Source: Candidatus Binatia bacterium (GTDB taxonomy: Bacteria > Desulfobacterota > Binatia > Bin18). Taken from it: 64,000 bases of DNA. Positions 31,273 to 41,805 of this stretch are shown here, one piece after another (position 1 is the stretch's first letter; each line of letters opens with the position of its first letter). The notes beneath the pieces were generated by a model that saw only the letters and a list, made by a program, of their open reading frames with translations, was not told where the DNA came from and did no database searches. The DNA is taken from assembly GCA_963666315.2 (NCBI GenBank), contig CAXXHG010000014.1, forward strand, positions 138,047 to 202,046, given 5' to 3'. The position numbers and the translations under genes are program-made.

Positions 31273-32133
31273 GTGTGTCCCTTCTCTCCGGATTGCCTGC
31301 AGCAATGGCAACGGCACGCAGTGCTGTCTTTCTGCTTTCTGCTCGTCATTGTATGGGCAGGCGGCTGTACGATCAGGCGTCCTCCACACCGCCCTCCTCT
31401 TCCGCCGTCTTCCCTCCCCTCCGCCCAAGAATTATTAGGGCCATTCACAGCACGCCAACAGCATCTGACCGGTCTGCGCGGGCTCGCCCGGGTAACCTAC
31501 CAGGACACACAAGAACGTGGTTCGGCGAACCAAACGGTCGCAATTGCTGCGCCGGATCGATTTCGTCTCGAATTATTTTCGGTGCTCAGCTTAGCGGCTA
31601 TCCACACGTGTGACGGGCAGATGCTGGCTGCGTATTTCCCACGCGACAACGTCATCTACCGCGGAGCGGCAAGCCCGCTGAATATTGGACGCTTTACTCG
31701 ACTGATGCTGTCTGCGCGCGAGATTACCCGCTTGCTGTTGGGCTTTCCGATTTTTTCTGTAGAGGCAGAAAGCGGAACAACGAATACGGTTCGCCTTGAC
31801 CCCCACGGCGGCACCTATCGGCTCGACCTTCCAAAGGCCGATGGCAGCGTAGAGGCGCTGTGGTTTGATACGCACACAAAACACCTACGCCGCTGGGCTA
31901 TGATTGCTGCCGATGGCAGCACCCAGACGCAGGGGCAGTTAGCCGACTACCGGCAGGTGCAAGGTCTCTCTTTTCCGTTTTCCATTACCTTGTCTGACGC
32001 GCACGAGGCCCAGCAGGTCTCGCTCGTGTATAAAAACGTCGAGCTCAGCCCGGCTCTACCCGACTCGCTCTTTAGGCTGACTCCGCCCTCAGGCGTACAG
32101 GAGATTGATATTGACGCGCATCGACCACACTAA
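31273..32133 (+). CDS. LolA/LolB-like (DUF4292-type) lipoprotein
   Basis: AGGC lipobox-like motif, APDRFRLE and DYRQVQG..FPFSI; directly follows the TPR gene. Confidence 0.7.
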   Translation: MCPFSPDCLQQWQRHAVLSFCFLLVIVWAGGCTIRRPPHRPPLPPSSLPSAQELLGPFTARQQHLTGLRGLARVTYQDTQERGSANQTVAIAAPDRFRLELFSVLSLAAIHTCDGQMLAAYFPRDNVIYRGAASPLNIGRFTRLMLSAREITRLLLGFPIFSVEAESGTTNTVRLDPHGGTYRLDLPKADGSVEALWFDTHTKHLRRWAMIAADGSTQTQGQLADYRQVQGLSFPFSITLSDAHEAQQVSLVYKNVELSPALPDSLFRLTPPSGVQEIDIDAHRPH

Positions 32134-32157
32134 CCACACTCGCCAGACGAGCGACGG

Positions 32158-32610
32158 CTAGTCCTGTGCGTCCGCGTCCTTGAAGACCAGGGCAAAGCCG
32201 CGGCGGAACAACGTAAATTTGCGGTCTGCGGATTGAGCATACCGCCCAGTTTGGCCCTGTCCCTTTTGGAGGACCCAGTCTGGGTAAGAGTCTTCCATAT
32301 TCATATGGTCCACTTCCTGTGGCGGCAGTAAGACCACAGCATCCGCACCCACTTCACACGCTTTATCCCGAATGAGAGCGTTCATTTTTTCCAACCCGTC
32401 AAATCTATTGCCATATGAGACGATCTGGACAAACACATCGTACGGTCGAGATGGGGGTTCGGTCAGCATGCCAACCTGACAATCCGCCGGCCGCGACTCT
32501 GGATAGATCGGCGCAATCCGCTCTTCAATAGTCATCGGTTTCGCAGGACGCAAGAAACAACCGGTAAGAAAACTGATACAAACGAATAGCCAACCGTAGG
32601 CTCTGCGCAT
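32158..32610 (-). CDS. Hypothetical lipoprotein
   Basis: Lipobox LTGC, KACEVGADAV motif and GGAG RBS. Confidence 0.7.
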   Translation of the reverse strand: MRRAYGWLFVCISFLTGCFLRPAKPMTIEERIAPIYPESRPADCQVGMLTEPPSRPYDVFVQIVSYGNRFDGLEKMNALIRDKACEVGADAVVLLPPQEVDHMNMEDSYPDWVLQKGQGQTGRYAQSADRKFTLFRRGFALVFKDADAQD

Positions 32611-32713
32611 ACTTCTCTCCCTTTTGCTCTTGTCTCCGCAGAACTGGAGTGTATACCGGACTGTACTGTAGATTGCCCCGTGCCGGGACGCAACGACCGC
32701 AATGCTGGCAGCA

Positions 32714-33880
32714 CTAATCCCGCAAGAGTCTGCGCGCAATCACCCAACGATGGATCTCAGTCGGTCCTTCAAAAATCCGCATTGGACGCAGACGGCGATA
32801 GATAAACTCAAGCGGCATTTCTTTTGACATGCCCATCCCACCATGCATCTGCATCGCCCGGTCAGCAACGCGGGTGGCCATTTCTGTGGCAAAGACCTTG
32901 AGCATGGACGCCTCTTGCCGTACGTCATCACCCTGGTCGAACTTCCACGCCCCGTGATGAGCCATCAGTCGCGAGGCGTGGATATCAATGGCCGAGTCCG
33001 CAATAAACCACTGAACCGCTTGGCGGTCCGCTAGCTTCTGACCGAAGGTCACACGCTGTTTTGCGTAGTCCACCATCATATCCAGACAGCGTTGAGCCAA
33101 CCCTACACACCAACATCCGATCTCTAAGCGCCGAACGGTCAGCCGGAGTTGCATGGGCGCAAACCCCTGCCCGACTTCACCCAGCACGTGCGAATCCGGA
33201 ATAGTCATATCCTCAAACACCAGCTCCCAGGGAGCGTGGCCACCGATAACCGGGATTTGGCGCTGCAAAATGAAGCCGGGCGTACCTTTATCAACCAGGA
33301 AAGCAGTAATCCCGCCACGCGTGCCTTTCTCTTTATCCGTCACGGCCATCACAATGATGAAATCGGCAATATGCGCGCGTGAGATCCAAATCTTGCGACC
33401 ATTGATCACCCATTGGTCACCTTTTTTAACAGCCATGGTTTGCATGCCGGCTGGATCCGAGCCTGCCCCAGGTTCAGAGATAGCAATAGCTGACTGCGCC
33501 TTCCCTTGCGCATACGGCAGCAGATATTTCTCCCGCTGCTCAGGCGTACACGTTTGCATCAACATGTGTAGATTCGGAGCATCAGGCGGAAGGGTAAACG
33601 GCGTAATCGTCTTGTACAACTCTTCAGTAGCGAGACATTTGGGCAGTGCGCCCAGATTCAACCCACCAAACTCTTCCGGCACATCGAGGCCCCATAGGCC
33701 AGCTTCCCGTGCGACGGAAAGCAAGCGTTCTTCGGCTTCAGGCGGGACGAGGTCTTCGTCCGTCAGCCCTTGCGTGTCACGCTCCAATACCGTTGTCTCA
33801 AGCGGCAGCAGTTCTTGGCGGACAAAGCGGCGCACCGTGTCCTGCAACATGCGGTACTCTTCGGGTAGTTCAAAATCCAT
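32714..33880 (-). CDS. Acyl-CoA dehydrogenase
   Basis: ISEPGAGSD, INGRKIWIS, RVTFG, QMHGGMG and RIFEGPTEI motifs. Confidence 0.93.
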   Translation of the reverse strand: MDFELPEEYRMLQDTVRRFVRQELLPLETTVLERDTQGLTDEDLVPPEAEERLLSVAREAGLWGLDVPEEFGGLNLGALPKCLATEELYKTITPFTLPPDAPNLHMLMQTCTPEQREKYLLPYAQGKAQSAIAISEPGAGSDPAGMQTMAVKKGDQWVINGRKIWISRAHIADFIIVMAVTDKEKGTRGGITAFLVDKGTPGFILQRQIPVIGGHAPWELVFEDMTIPDSHVLGEVGQGFAPMQLRLTVRRLEIGCWCVGLAQRCLDMMVDYAKQRVTFGQKLADRQAVQWFIADSAIDIHASRLMAHHGAWKFDQGDDVRQEASMLKVFATEMATRVADRAMQMHGGMGMSKEMPLEFIYRRLRPMRIFEGPTEIHRWVIARRLLRD

Positions 33881-33904
33881 ACGGTTCTCCCTCTCCTTAC
33901 ACAA

Positions 33905-34060
33905 TTTCCAGTAGATCGTTGTACATTCGCGTTCCTACTTCGACAGGCTCAGTACGAACGGCTTCCTCCGAGGACAGAGTGTTTTCCGCTCACCCTGAAC
34001 TCGTCGAAGGGCGAGCAGTACGGATATTAATGGATAGTTATCAATAAGAAACCGTATTAG
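33905..34060 (+). repeat. 156-bp palindromic repeat element, copy 1
   Basis: Aligns without gaps to 36464-36619 (about 23 mismatches by hand count); internal inverted repeat CTTCGACAGGCTCAG...CTGAACTCGTCGAAG. Confidence 0.9.
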
Positions 34061-34188
34061 TAAATAGGAATAAGTATCCTACTGATAGGAATAACACTAG
34101 CGGTTATCACCGTTCGCAAACATCAAGAATGCAGGCGACTAATTTGCTAATTTGGTGCCGCTGATATCGTGCTCATAGAAGATAGTAC

Positions 34189-34231
34189 GAATTGCTCACT
34201 ATGGCTTTTTTGAACAATTCCTGCAAAGGAA
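34189..34231 (+). promoter_or_regulatory. Repeated palindromic motif, copy A
   Basis: GAATTGCTCA-N12-TGAACAATTC-CTGCAAAGGAA; recurs at 35419 and 36311. Confidence 0.6.
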
Positions 34232-34315
34232 ATCCCTTGTGTCCCATATCGTGAACAGTAAATAGTTTTTTTGGCAGGGAGAAAGCTGATAAGGGGGCAG
34301 GAAAGGAGGAGCGCT

Positions 34316-34777
34316 ATGCTCTATAGATGGACGATGCTCGCTGTGGTCTTGGGGGTGTTTCTTGTCACACCATCCATCGCTCGTGGCGATGATGTGGATG
34401 ACCTGCGAGCGGCTTACGAACAATACCTTGCGGCCTTCAATCAGAACGACCTTGCCGCGGCCACGGCGTTTTTGCATGACGAAGTGATGGTATTTGGGCT
34501 GGACGGGCCGTTTCCCATAGCCGGAAAGGCTGCCCTCCTGCCTCTTCTTGAGATGCTTTTTAGCAATAGTGAGAGCTACACAGCCAGGGCGATAAATCCC
34601 AAATTCCGGGTCATTGGAAGCAGCGGGATTATCATTGGGAACGGGACGGCGACGGTCAAGCCCAAAGACGGACCGCTGGCGACCTCGTTCGTGCGGGTGC
34701 TGCAAAGTTGGGTCAAGATGGACGGGCAGTGGCGGCTAGTCGCAAGCCATCTGTCCTACGTCCCGCCCGGCAATTGA
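34316..34777 (+). CDS. Exported NTF2/SnoaL-like (DUF4440-type) protein
   Basis: AGGAGG RBS, signal peptide and C-terminal WVKMDGQWRLVASHLS. Confidence 0.8.
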   Translation: MLYRWTMLAVVLGVFLVTPSIARGDDVDDLRAAYEQYLAAFNQNDLAAATAFLHDEVMVFGLDGPFPIAGKAALLPLLEMLFSNSESYTARAINPKFRVIGSSGIIIGNGTATVKPKDGPLATSFVRVLQSWVKMDGQWRLVASHLSYVPPGN

Positions 34778-34895
34778 CGCCCCGTGCAGCACTTGCATTC
34801 TTGACAGCGAAGCTGCTTGTTTGCTCCTCTGCGGTTGATGATACGCCCCGCCAACAAGATTGTTGTTTTCCCACAGATAAGGAAAGGAGAAGGGT

Positions 34896-35351
34896 ATGCG
34901 GAAAAACTTGAGACCCGAGGAATTAGGCGATTTTCTTGAGCAGCCCAAGTTAGCCATTTTAGCCACGACGTTTAAGGATGGCCGCGTCTTACTCTCCCCG
35001 ATCTGGCATGAATGGCGGGAAGGCGGGTTTACCGTTCTTATCTTTGAGGGTGATGTGAAAGCACGCCACATTGAGCGGGAGGCGCGCGTCAGCATCGTCG
35101 TGGCCGAGGACTTGCCAGCCAGTCGCGGGATTGAGGTGCGAGGAGTCGCGCAGCGGGTGACCGGCGACTTCCACGCAGTTCTGGACCGGGTGGCCTTACG
35201 CTATTTCGGGCCACAGCACGGTCCGGCCTACGCAGAGGCGGTGAGCAAGGCGGCTGTCGCTTATCTGCGGATTGAGCCCGGCGAGCTGCGGGTGTGGGAT
35301 TTCAAACATGAACAAGACGTTTCGGGCTACCCACACCCTAAGGAGCTTTAA
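34896..35351 (+). CDS. PPOX-like (pyridoxamine oxidase fold) putative F420-binding protein
   Basis: LAILATTFKDG...SPIW, KARHIER..RVSIVV and IEVRG.A. Confidence 0.82.
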   Translation: MRKNLRPEELGDFLEQPKLAILATTFKDGRVLLSPIWHEWREGGFTVLIFEGDVKARHIEREARVSIVVAEDLPASRGIEVRGVAQRVTGDFHAVLDRVALRYFGPQHGPAYAEAVSKAAVAYLRIEPGELRVWDFKHEQDVSGYPHPKEL

Positions 35352-35418
35352 CCCCAAGCGCCGGACCGCAGAAAGGTCACACCGAAATAGTTAAACAGGC
35401 GGGAGCGAAGGAATAGCT

Positions 35419-35461
35419 GAATTTTTCATTATGGCTGTTGTGGGCAATTCCTGCAAAGGAA
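35419..35461 (+). promoter_or_regulatory. Repeated palindromic motif, copy B
   Basis: GAATTTTTCA-N12-TGGGCAATTC-CTGCAAAGGAA upstream of the GFA gene. Confidence 0.6.
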
Positions 35462-35544
35462 CATACGGACTACGGCGACCCCAAACTCTTTTGTTGCTTG
35501 CGGCAAAGTGAAAAGGCCGTGAGCAGAAAGGGAGGATTCTCTGT

Positions 35545-35997
35545 ATGTCTATTTCTGTTCCATTTACGGGGGGCTGCGCCTGTGGCGTGATTCGTTACGA
35601 GTGCTCTGCGGCGCCTCTGCTTCTGGCACTGTGTCGCTGTCGGAATTGCCAACGTGCCACCGGCGGGCCGTTCGCCGCCAATGTGTGGGTCGCTCGCTCG
35701 GCCCTGACCTTTACGGCGGGCGAACTAAAGTATCGTGTCGTCACGAGCGACCAGGGCAACGCCGTCTCCTATGGCTTCTGCCCGGCGTGTGGATCGCCGG
35801 GCAGCGGGGATGTTGACGTGCTCCCGATTGCGACGGTGAAAGCGGCTAGCCTGGACGACCCGAGCGGCCTCGAGCCCGGGATCGAGTTGTATACGTCGTG
35901 TGCCTATCCGTGGGATACCCTGAATCCAGCGTTGCCCCAGTTCGCGACCATGCCTACGGAGGAGGAAATGCAGGCCCTCATGGCGGGCCGGAGCTAG
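35545..35997 (+). CDS. GFA / CENP-V family protein
   Basis: GGCACG, CRCRNCQRATG, FCPACGS and SLDDP motifs. Confidence 0.9.
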   Translation: MSISVPFTGGCACGVIRYECSAAPLLLALCRCRNCQRATGGPFAANVWVARSALTFTAGELKYRVVTSDQGNAVSYGFCPACGSPGSGDVDVLPIATVKAASLDDPSGLEPGIELYTSCAYPWDTLNPALPQFATMPTEEEMQALMAGRS

Positions 35998-36060
35998 TAT
36001 GGAGGAAACCAATCGTCAGAGATATCTAGTCAAAAGGGCGATATGCCTTGGGAGGAATTT

Positions 36061-36267
36061 ATGAAGGAACGCATGGCGCGATGTTGTTGCGGGGCCGTCG
36101 CTGGAAAAATTCTTATTCCTATGACGGGTTTGGTACCTTTATTTAATTGCACCCAAACCATGAGTACGTTTTACCGCATCGTCGATGGCCAGATAGCCGA
36201 GATGTGGGGGGATGAAGATGCGCTCGGACTGATGCAACAACTCAGTGCGGTCCCGAAAATAGGCTGA
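36061..36267 (+). pseudogene. Chimeric remnant: GFA-like N-terminus joined to an ester-cyclase (SnoaL) C-terminus
   Basis: MKERMARCCCGAV followed by FYRIVDGQIAEMWGDEDALGLMQQL; too short for either family. Confidence 0.55.
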
Positions 36268-36463
36268 GTAACCTCCTTCACTCGGATTAGATGACGTACT
36301 TGCTTCTTGTGAATTTCTCAAAATGCCTGTTCTGGGCAATTGGCGTATAGGGCAGGATCGATTTTACTGTGAATTTTGTTCGGTGGCGGGGGATGGTTTT
36401 GTACTGTTTTGAGCAGTTGGGCGAGTTCGCGTTGTTATACTGCTCACGGGGCAGATCATACGG

Positions 36464-36619
36464 TTTCCAGTAGATCGTTGTATATTTACGTTCCTACTTC
36501 GACAGGCTCAGTACGAACGGGTTCCTCCACGGGCAGAACGTTTTCCGCTCACCCTGAGCTCGTCGAAGGGCGAGCGGCGCGGACACTGAGGGATGGTCTT
36601 CAATAAGAAACTCTATCAG
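36464..36619 (+). repeat. 156-bp palindromic repeat element, copy 2
   Basis: Direct repeat of 33905-34060. Confidence 0.9.
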
Positions 36620-36637
36620 ATGCCCAATATGTCAGAC

Positions 36638-38008
36638 TTATACTGACGTTTGCACACTGTCCGACCCACCCTGCACTGTCTCAAGGGAAGGAGCGGCCAA
36701 ATGGGCCAGGCCCTGTTCAGCTTGCCATGCGGCGAGGTCTTTTAGTGCCCGATCCGCCAAGGCGCACTTTTTCTCACGACCGCGCAAGCGTCGTGACAGG
36801 CTAGGGAAAAGCCCATAGTTCACGTTCATGGGCTGAAATTCTTTACGCTCAGGGTCAGTAACATAGGCAAGCATGGCACCAAGTGCAGTCGTCTGTGGCA
36901 GTATGAGGAGGCCCTGCCCTTTCACCTGCAATCCCGCATTTGTCCCAGCCAGCCAGCCAGCCGCAGCAGATTCCAGATAGCCTTCAACGCCTATCATTTG
37001 GCCCGCAAAGAATAAATCGTTACGCTGTTTGAATTGGAGCGTGGGTTTGAGTAAGCGTGGCGACTCAATAAACGTGTTGCGATGCAGGCTGCCTAAACGA
37101 ACAAACTCGGCGTTGCTGAGTCCTGGAATCATCTGGAAGACCCGGCGTTGCTCCGGATAGGTCATTTTGGTTTGGAAGCCGACCAGACCCCACAGAGTTC
37201 CAGCCCGGTTGTCTTGGCGAAGCTGTACCACCGCGTATGGACGCTCTCTCGTCCGCGGATCGATCAAACCAACCGGCTTCATCGGCCCATAGGCTAGGGT
37301 GTCTTTGCCCCGACGGGCCATTTCTTCGATGGGCAAACAGCCTTCGAAATAAATGCAGCGTTCAAACTCCTTCTCCGGAACTTTCTGTGCGGCCAGGATC
37401 TCCTCAATGAGCCGATAGTACTCTTCACGCGAGAGCGGGCAGTTCAAATAATCATCGCCACCGTAGCCGTAGCGTGACGCTCGAAATGCGCGACGAGAAT
37501 CAATCGACTCAGCTGTCACAACGGGAGAGATGGCATCGTAAAAATATAAATACTCTCGGCCAAAAAGTGCGCGGAGTTGATCCGAAAGAGCCGGCGAGGT
37601 CAGCGGACCACTGGCAATGACGGTTGGTCCTGACGGAATAGTCTGGACTTCTTCGCGTCGCACCTCAACGAGCGGCTGAGCGGCCAAGGCATCCGTAATA
37701 TACTGCGCAAAAACATCGCGATCGACCGCTAAGGCCTGACCGGCTGGAACACGAGCCCTATCAGCCGCAGCCATCACCAACGACCCTAAGCGGCGCATTT
37801 CCTCTTTGAGTAAGCCAACGGCGGCTTCAAGCGCAGCACTCCGAAAGGAATTGGAACACACCAGCTCAGCAAGTTTGTCAGTATGGTGGGCATCTGTGGG
37901 GCGGACCGGACGCATTTCATACAACCGCACAGCAACGCCCTGCTGGGCCAACTGCCAGGCCGCCTCGCTTCCGGCTAACCCCCCACCGACAACAGTTACA
38001 GTCTGCAT
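36638..38008 (-). CDS. trmFO: Folate/FAD-dependent tRNA m5U54 methyltransferase TrmFO
   Basis: [35 protein letters not shown] and [10 protein letters not shown]; lies downstream of topA. Confidence 0.95.
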   Translation of the reverse strand: MQTVTVVGGGLAGSEAAWQLAQQGVAVRLYEMRPVRPTDAHHTDKLAELVCSNSFRSAALEAAVGLLKEEMRRLGSLVMAAADRARVPAGQALAVDRDVFAQYITDALAAQPLVEVRREEVQTIPSGPTVIASGPLTSPALSDQLRALFGREYLYFYDAISPVVTAESIDSRRAFRASRYGYGGDDYLNCPLSREEYYRLIEEILAAQKVPEKEFERCIYFEGCLPIEEMARRGKDTLAYGPMKPVGLIDPRTRERPYAVVQLRQDNRAGTLWGLVGFQTKMTYPEQRRVFQMIPGLSNAEFVRLGSLHRNTFIESPRLLKPTLQFKQRNDLFFAGQMIGVEGYLESAAAGWLAGTNAGLQVKGQGLLILPQTTALGAMLAYVTDPERKEFQPMNVNYGLFPSLSRRLRGREKKCALADRALKDLAAWQAEQGLAHLAAPSLETVQGGSDSVQTSV

Positions 38009-38122
38009 AGCGGTTCTATAGCCTGCCCTGCCACCCGTTGAAAGTGGACCATAAAAAAGGCGACCTGGTGAGGCCGCCCTTCCATTTTCATGGCTCAAGT
38101 CTATTTGCTCTGTACAATGGCC

Positions 38123-40474
38123 TCAGCTTGCTTGAGCCATTTCTTCAGCAGCCGGCTCAGCGCCTTCTTGCTCGGCACTCTCCTGCTCCACACTGACTTG
38201 GTAGTGACATTCCTCGCGCACACAACGCCGCGTTGTCCCAGCCCGTTTGGTTGTCTTTTCAACAACAAAGGGAGCCTGACACTCCGGACAGGGTTCAGCT
38301 ATGGGCCGATCCCAGAGTGCGTATTTGCACTTGGGGTAGCGATTACAACTGTAAAAGACTTTGCCCCGGCGCGAATATTTCTGTTGGATCTCTCCTTCTT
38401 CACACTCGGGACATTGTATGCCCAACGACTGGGCCGCAGGTTGGCCTATCTTCTTGACGTTTTTACATTCCGGATAGCCCGAGCAGCCGAGAAACTTCCC
38501 ATACCGGCCGTAGCGGATTTGCATCGGACGATTACACTTTTCACACTTCTCGTCGGTCAAGACGTCTTCCTTCTCTTGCATCACGATCTTACCCTTATCG
38601 TCCCGAGTGAAATTGCGTGTCGATTTACATTCCGGATAATTTGAACACGCCAGAAACTCCCCGTTACGCCCCCAGCGTATCGTCATCTTGCCGTCTTCAC
38701 ATTCCTCACAAGATATATCCGTTGGCTCGCCCGTGCCTTTGACATCACGCATTTCCTTGTCGGCTTTCGCCAAATCCAAAGCAAACGGTGTATAAAATCG
38801 TTCAATCGCACGTCGCCAGTCTTCCTGGCCCTCTTCGATCTGATCGAGAACGGCTTCCATACCTGCGGTAAATTCCGCGTTCAGAATGTCGGGAAACGAT
38901 TCAACCAATAAATCAGTAACCAGCATCCCCAAGTCGGTTGGACGCAAGCGCCGTTGTTCGCCTTCGACAACGTATTCTTTGTTCAGGATCGTACCCATAA
39001 TGGAGGCATACGTTGACGGCCGACCAATGCCTTTATCTTCCAGTTCTTTAATCAACGTTGCTTGAGTAAAGCGGGGCGGGGGCTGGGTAAAGTGCTGGTT
39101 GGGAGTCACTTTGTGGAGGGTCAGCCGTTCACCCTCGGTCAATGCCGGCAGTCGTTTTTCCGTATCGTCCTCTTCTTCGGTCTTATCGTCCTTACCCTCT
39201 ATATAAACGCGTAGGAAACCGTCAAAACGCAGCACCTGGCCGCTTGCCCGAAAAATATATTCGTTGGCCGTTATATCCACTCTCGTTTGTTCAAATTGAG
39301 CCGGGGCCATTTGGCTGGCCATAAACCGGTTCCAGATCAGCGCATACAGGCCCAGTTCTTCCTTTTTGAGATAGGGGGCGACTTTATTGGGTGGATTTTC
39401 AAGCGAGGTGGGCCGAATGGCCTCATGCGCTTCCTGGGCAGCTTTGCCCGACCGAAAAGAGGGTGGCTTCGCAGGCACATACTCCGGCCCATACGTCTGT
39501 TCGATATGCGCACGGGCCGCCGTGGTCATTTCTGGCGAGATACGAGGCGAATCGGTCCGCATATAGGTAATCAAGCCAACCGCGCCTTCGTCGCCCAACT
39601 CCACCCCGGCGTATAAACGCTGCGCAATACCCATGGTCCGCGAGGGCGAATAGCCGAGTTTGCGCGAGGCTTCTTGTTGCAAACGCGAGGTAATGAATGG
39701 GGGAGCCGGATTTCGCTTGCGGTCTTTTTTCTCGATCTTCTGAACCGTCCAGTGCGCTCCATTCAGACCCGAAAGAATTTTCTGGGCTTCTTCTCCGTTT
39801 TCAATCCGAAACTTCTTATTGTCGACCTTTTGATCACCAACCTTGAAGAGGTTGGCCTCAAACACTGGTGGCACAGCGCCTTCCAGTGCAGCCGTAATCG
39901 ACCAGTATTCCACCGCCACAAAGGCACGAATGGCGCGCTCGCGCTCTGTAATGATACGCACGGCGACGGATTGTACTCGGCCGGCCGACAGACCGCGGCG
40001 TACTTTTTTCCATAACAGCGGACTGATCTGATACCCGACTAACCGGTCGAGTACCCGGCGTGCGACTTGGGCGTCGTAGCGCTTTTGGTTCAGTTCCGCA
40101 GGATTTTTCATCGCTTCTTGAACCGCTTTTTTCGTAATTTCATTCAGCAGGACGCGGTGTATCTTTTGGCCGTTCTTGCCGAGTTTTTCTGCAATATGCC
40201 AGGCAATGGCCTCGCCCTCACGGTCCGGGTCTGAAGCCAGAAAGATGTGCTCCTTTCCTTTGGCCGCTTTTTTGAGTTCGTCAACAATCTTGGCCTTCCC
40301 ATGGATAATTTGGTATTCGGCAGTAAAGCCGTTCTCAATATCAACGCCGAGTTTGCTCTTGGGCAGATCCATAATATGCCCAACCGAGGCTTTGACCTGA
40401 TAGCCACGGCCTAGATATTTTCCGATCGTCCGCGCTTTGGCCGGAGATTCAACAATCACCAGGTTCTTCGCCAT
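38123..40474 (-). CDS. topA: DNA topoisomerase I
   Basis: LVIVESPAKA, DPDREGEAI, SAGRVQ, LITYMRTDS and C-terminal zinc ribbons. Confidence 0.97.
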   Translation of the reverse strand: MAKNLVIVESPAKARTIGKYLGRGYQVKASVGHIMDLPKSKLGVDIENGFTAEYQIIHGKAKIVDELKKAAKGKEHIFLASDPDREGEAIAWHIAEKLGKNGQKIHRVLLNEITKKAVQEAMKNPAELNQKRYDAQVARRVLDRLVGYQISPLLWKKVRRGLSAGRVQSVAVRIITERERAIRAFVAVEYWSITAALEGAVPPVFEANLFKVGDQKVDNKKFRIENGEEAQKILSGLNGAHWTVQKIEKKDRKRNPAPPFITSRLQQEASRKLGYSPSRTMGIAQRLYAGVELGDEGAVGLITYMRTDSPRISPEMTTAARAHIEQTYGPEYVPAKPPSFRSGKAAQEAHEAIRPTSLENPPNKVAPYLKKEELGLYALIWNRFMASQMAPAQFEQTRVDITANEYIFRASGQVLRFDGFLRVYIEGKDDKTEEEDDTEKRLPALTEGERLTLHKVTPNQHFTQPPPRFTQATLIKELEDKGIGRPSTYASIMGTILNKEYVVEGEQRRLRPTDLGMLVTDLLVESFPDILNAEFTAGMEAVLDQIEEGQEDWRRAIERFYTPFALDLAKADKEMRDVKGTGEPTDISCEECEDGKMTIRWGRNGEFLACSNYPECKSTRNFTRDDKGKIVMQEKEDVLTDEKCEKCNRPMQIRYGRYGKFLGCSGYPECKNVKKIGQPAAQSLGIQCPECEEGEIQQKYSRRGKVFYSCNRYPKCKYALWDRPIAEPCPECQAPFVVEKTTKRAGTTRRCVREECHYQVSVEQESAEQEGAEPAAEEMAQAS

Positions 40475-40476
40475 AC

Positions 40477-41588
40477 TTACATTCCTCTTGCTTCGCTTCC
40501 TCTCGTAGACGCGAAATACATCCCTGGGAGTTGGGCAACCGATCCTTTTAATTCTAACCCAAGCAGCACTTCAAGCACACGTGCGGTCTCAAGCCCACTC
40601 CCGGTAATTAATGTGTCAACGTGTAGCAGCTCTTCTTCAAACAGTCGAAACAGCACCTCTTCGTCCGGCTCCAAAGGGACAACCGGTGCGAGGCTGAGTG
40701 CAATCTCGCTCAGTATATCATCAATATTTGCAACAAGTTTTGCGCCGGCCTTAATAAGCCGGTGTGGACCACGGCTGCGGCTTGCCGTAATCGGACCAGG
40801 AACGGCAAACACCTCACGGTTCTGGTACAGCGCACACTGAGCCGTGATCAATGATCCACTCTTTTCCGTTGCCTCCACAACAACCGTGCCGAGACTCATG
40901 CCACTAATGACCCGGTTCCGATAGGGGAAATTCCCGGCCTCGGGCCGACTACCGAGGGCAAACTCCGATACGACCGCTCCATTCTTCGCAATATGCTCTG
41001 CCAACGCTTTATGCTCACGTGGATACACTACGTCAAGCCCCGAGCCTAAAACAGCAATGGTCCGGCCGCCGGCCTCAAGCGTTGCCTGATGAGCCTCGGC
41101 ATCAATACCACGCGCCATCCCGCTCACGACGCTGATCCTCCCGGCTGCAAGTTCCTGGGTAAGCTCGCGTGCCACCCCGCGTCCATAGGCACTGGCCATC
41201 CGGGCGCCCACAATGGCCATTGATACCCCGTCTTCCAGAACAAAGCTCCCCTGCACATAGAGAGAAGGGGCGGGTCATGGATCTGCTTGAGCCTGTCCGG
41301 ATATTCGTCGTCTGTTCGTGTGACCAAACGCGCCCCAACCTGCTTCAGCCTGTCGAGTTCAGCCTCAACGTCCGCCCATTGGTCGAATGCCACAATGATT
41401 TGCGCAATACGTGGGCTGACACCAGTTTCTATCAGCGCAGCTGTGGAGGCGTTCAGGACGACCTGGGGTGAAGTAAAATTCTCCAGCAATTGACCATACG
41501 TAACATTTCCGACACCGTGTACCATGCGGAGTGTGATCCAGTAGCTCCATTGTGTCTGGGGATCGCGGTTATCCGCTGGGCCTTGCAT
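40477..41588 (-). CDS. dprA: DNA-processing protein DprA, frameshifted near 41262
   Basis: YPDRLKQIHDPP in one frame; AIVGAR, SGMARGID, FPYRNRVISG and SGSLITA in another. The break falls in a TC run. Confidence 0.9.
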
Positions 41589-41805
41589 AGCTCCTCTCGC
41601 TCTTCTCGCTCGCGTCCTGACTACGTTCGTTCAAACTGCTTTGTATGCTGACAGAGTACGTTACTGTAAAAAATCATGGCACAAAGTAATAACTGGCGCA
41701 AATGTACGCCCACCCTTGCCGATAAGGAAGAGCCTTTGCTACAAATCAGCCTCTACACAGCAGACAGCATTCTGAAGCGCAACGTATAACAAAAGACTTT
41801 CCCGT

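Noticed and set aside
33153-33914. Long antisense ORFs (also 6022..6564, 18445..19137, 42211..42888, 45797..46426, 55212..55820)
   Set aside because: They lie opposite well-supported genes, lack motifs and are expected from codon bias in GC-rich DNA.
33905-36619. CRISPR array or integron interpretation of the repeats
   Set aside because: Only two long repeats and three widely, irregularly spaced motifs; no cas or intI gene and no clear attC RYYYAAC/GTTRRRY boxes.
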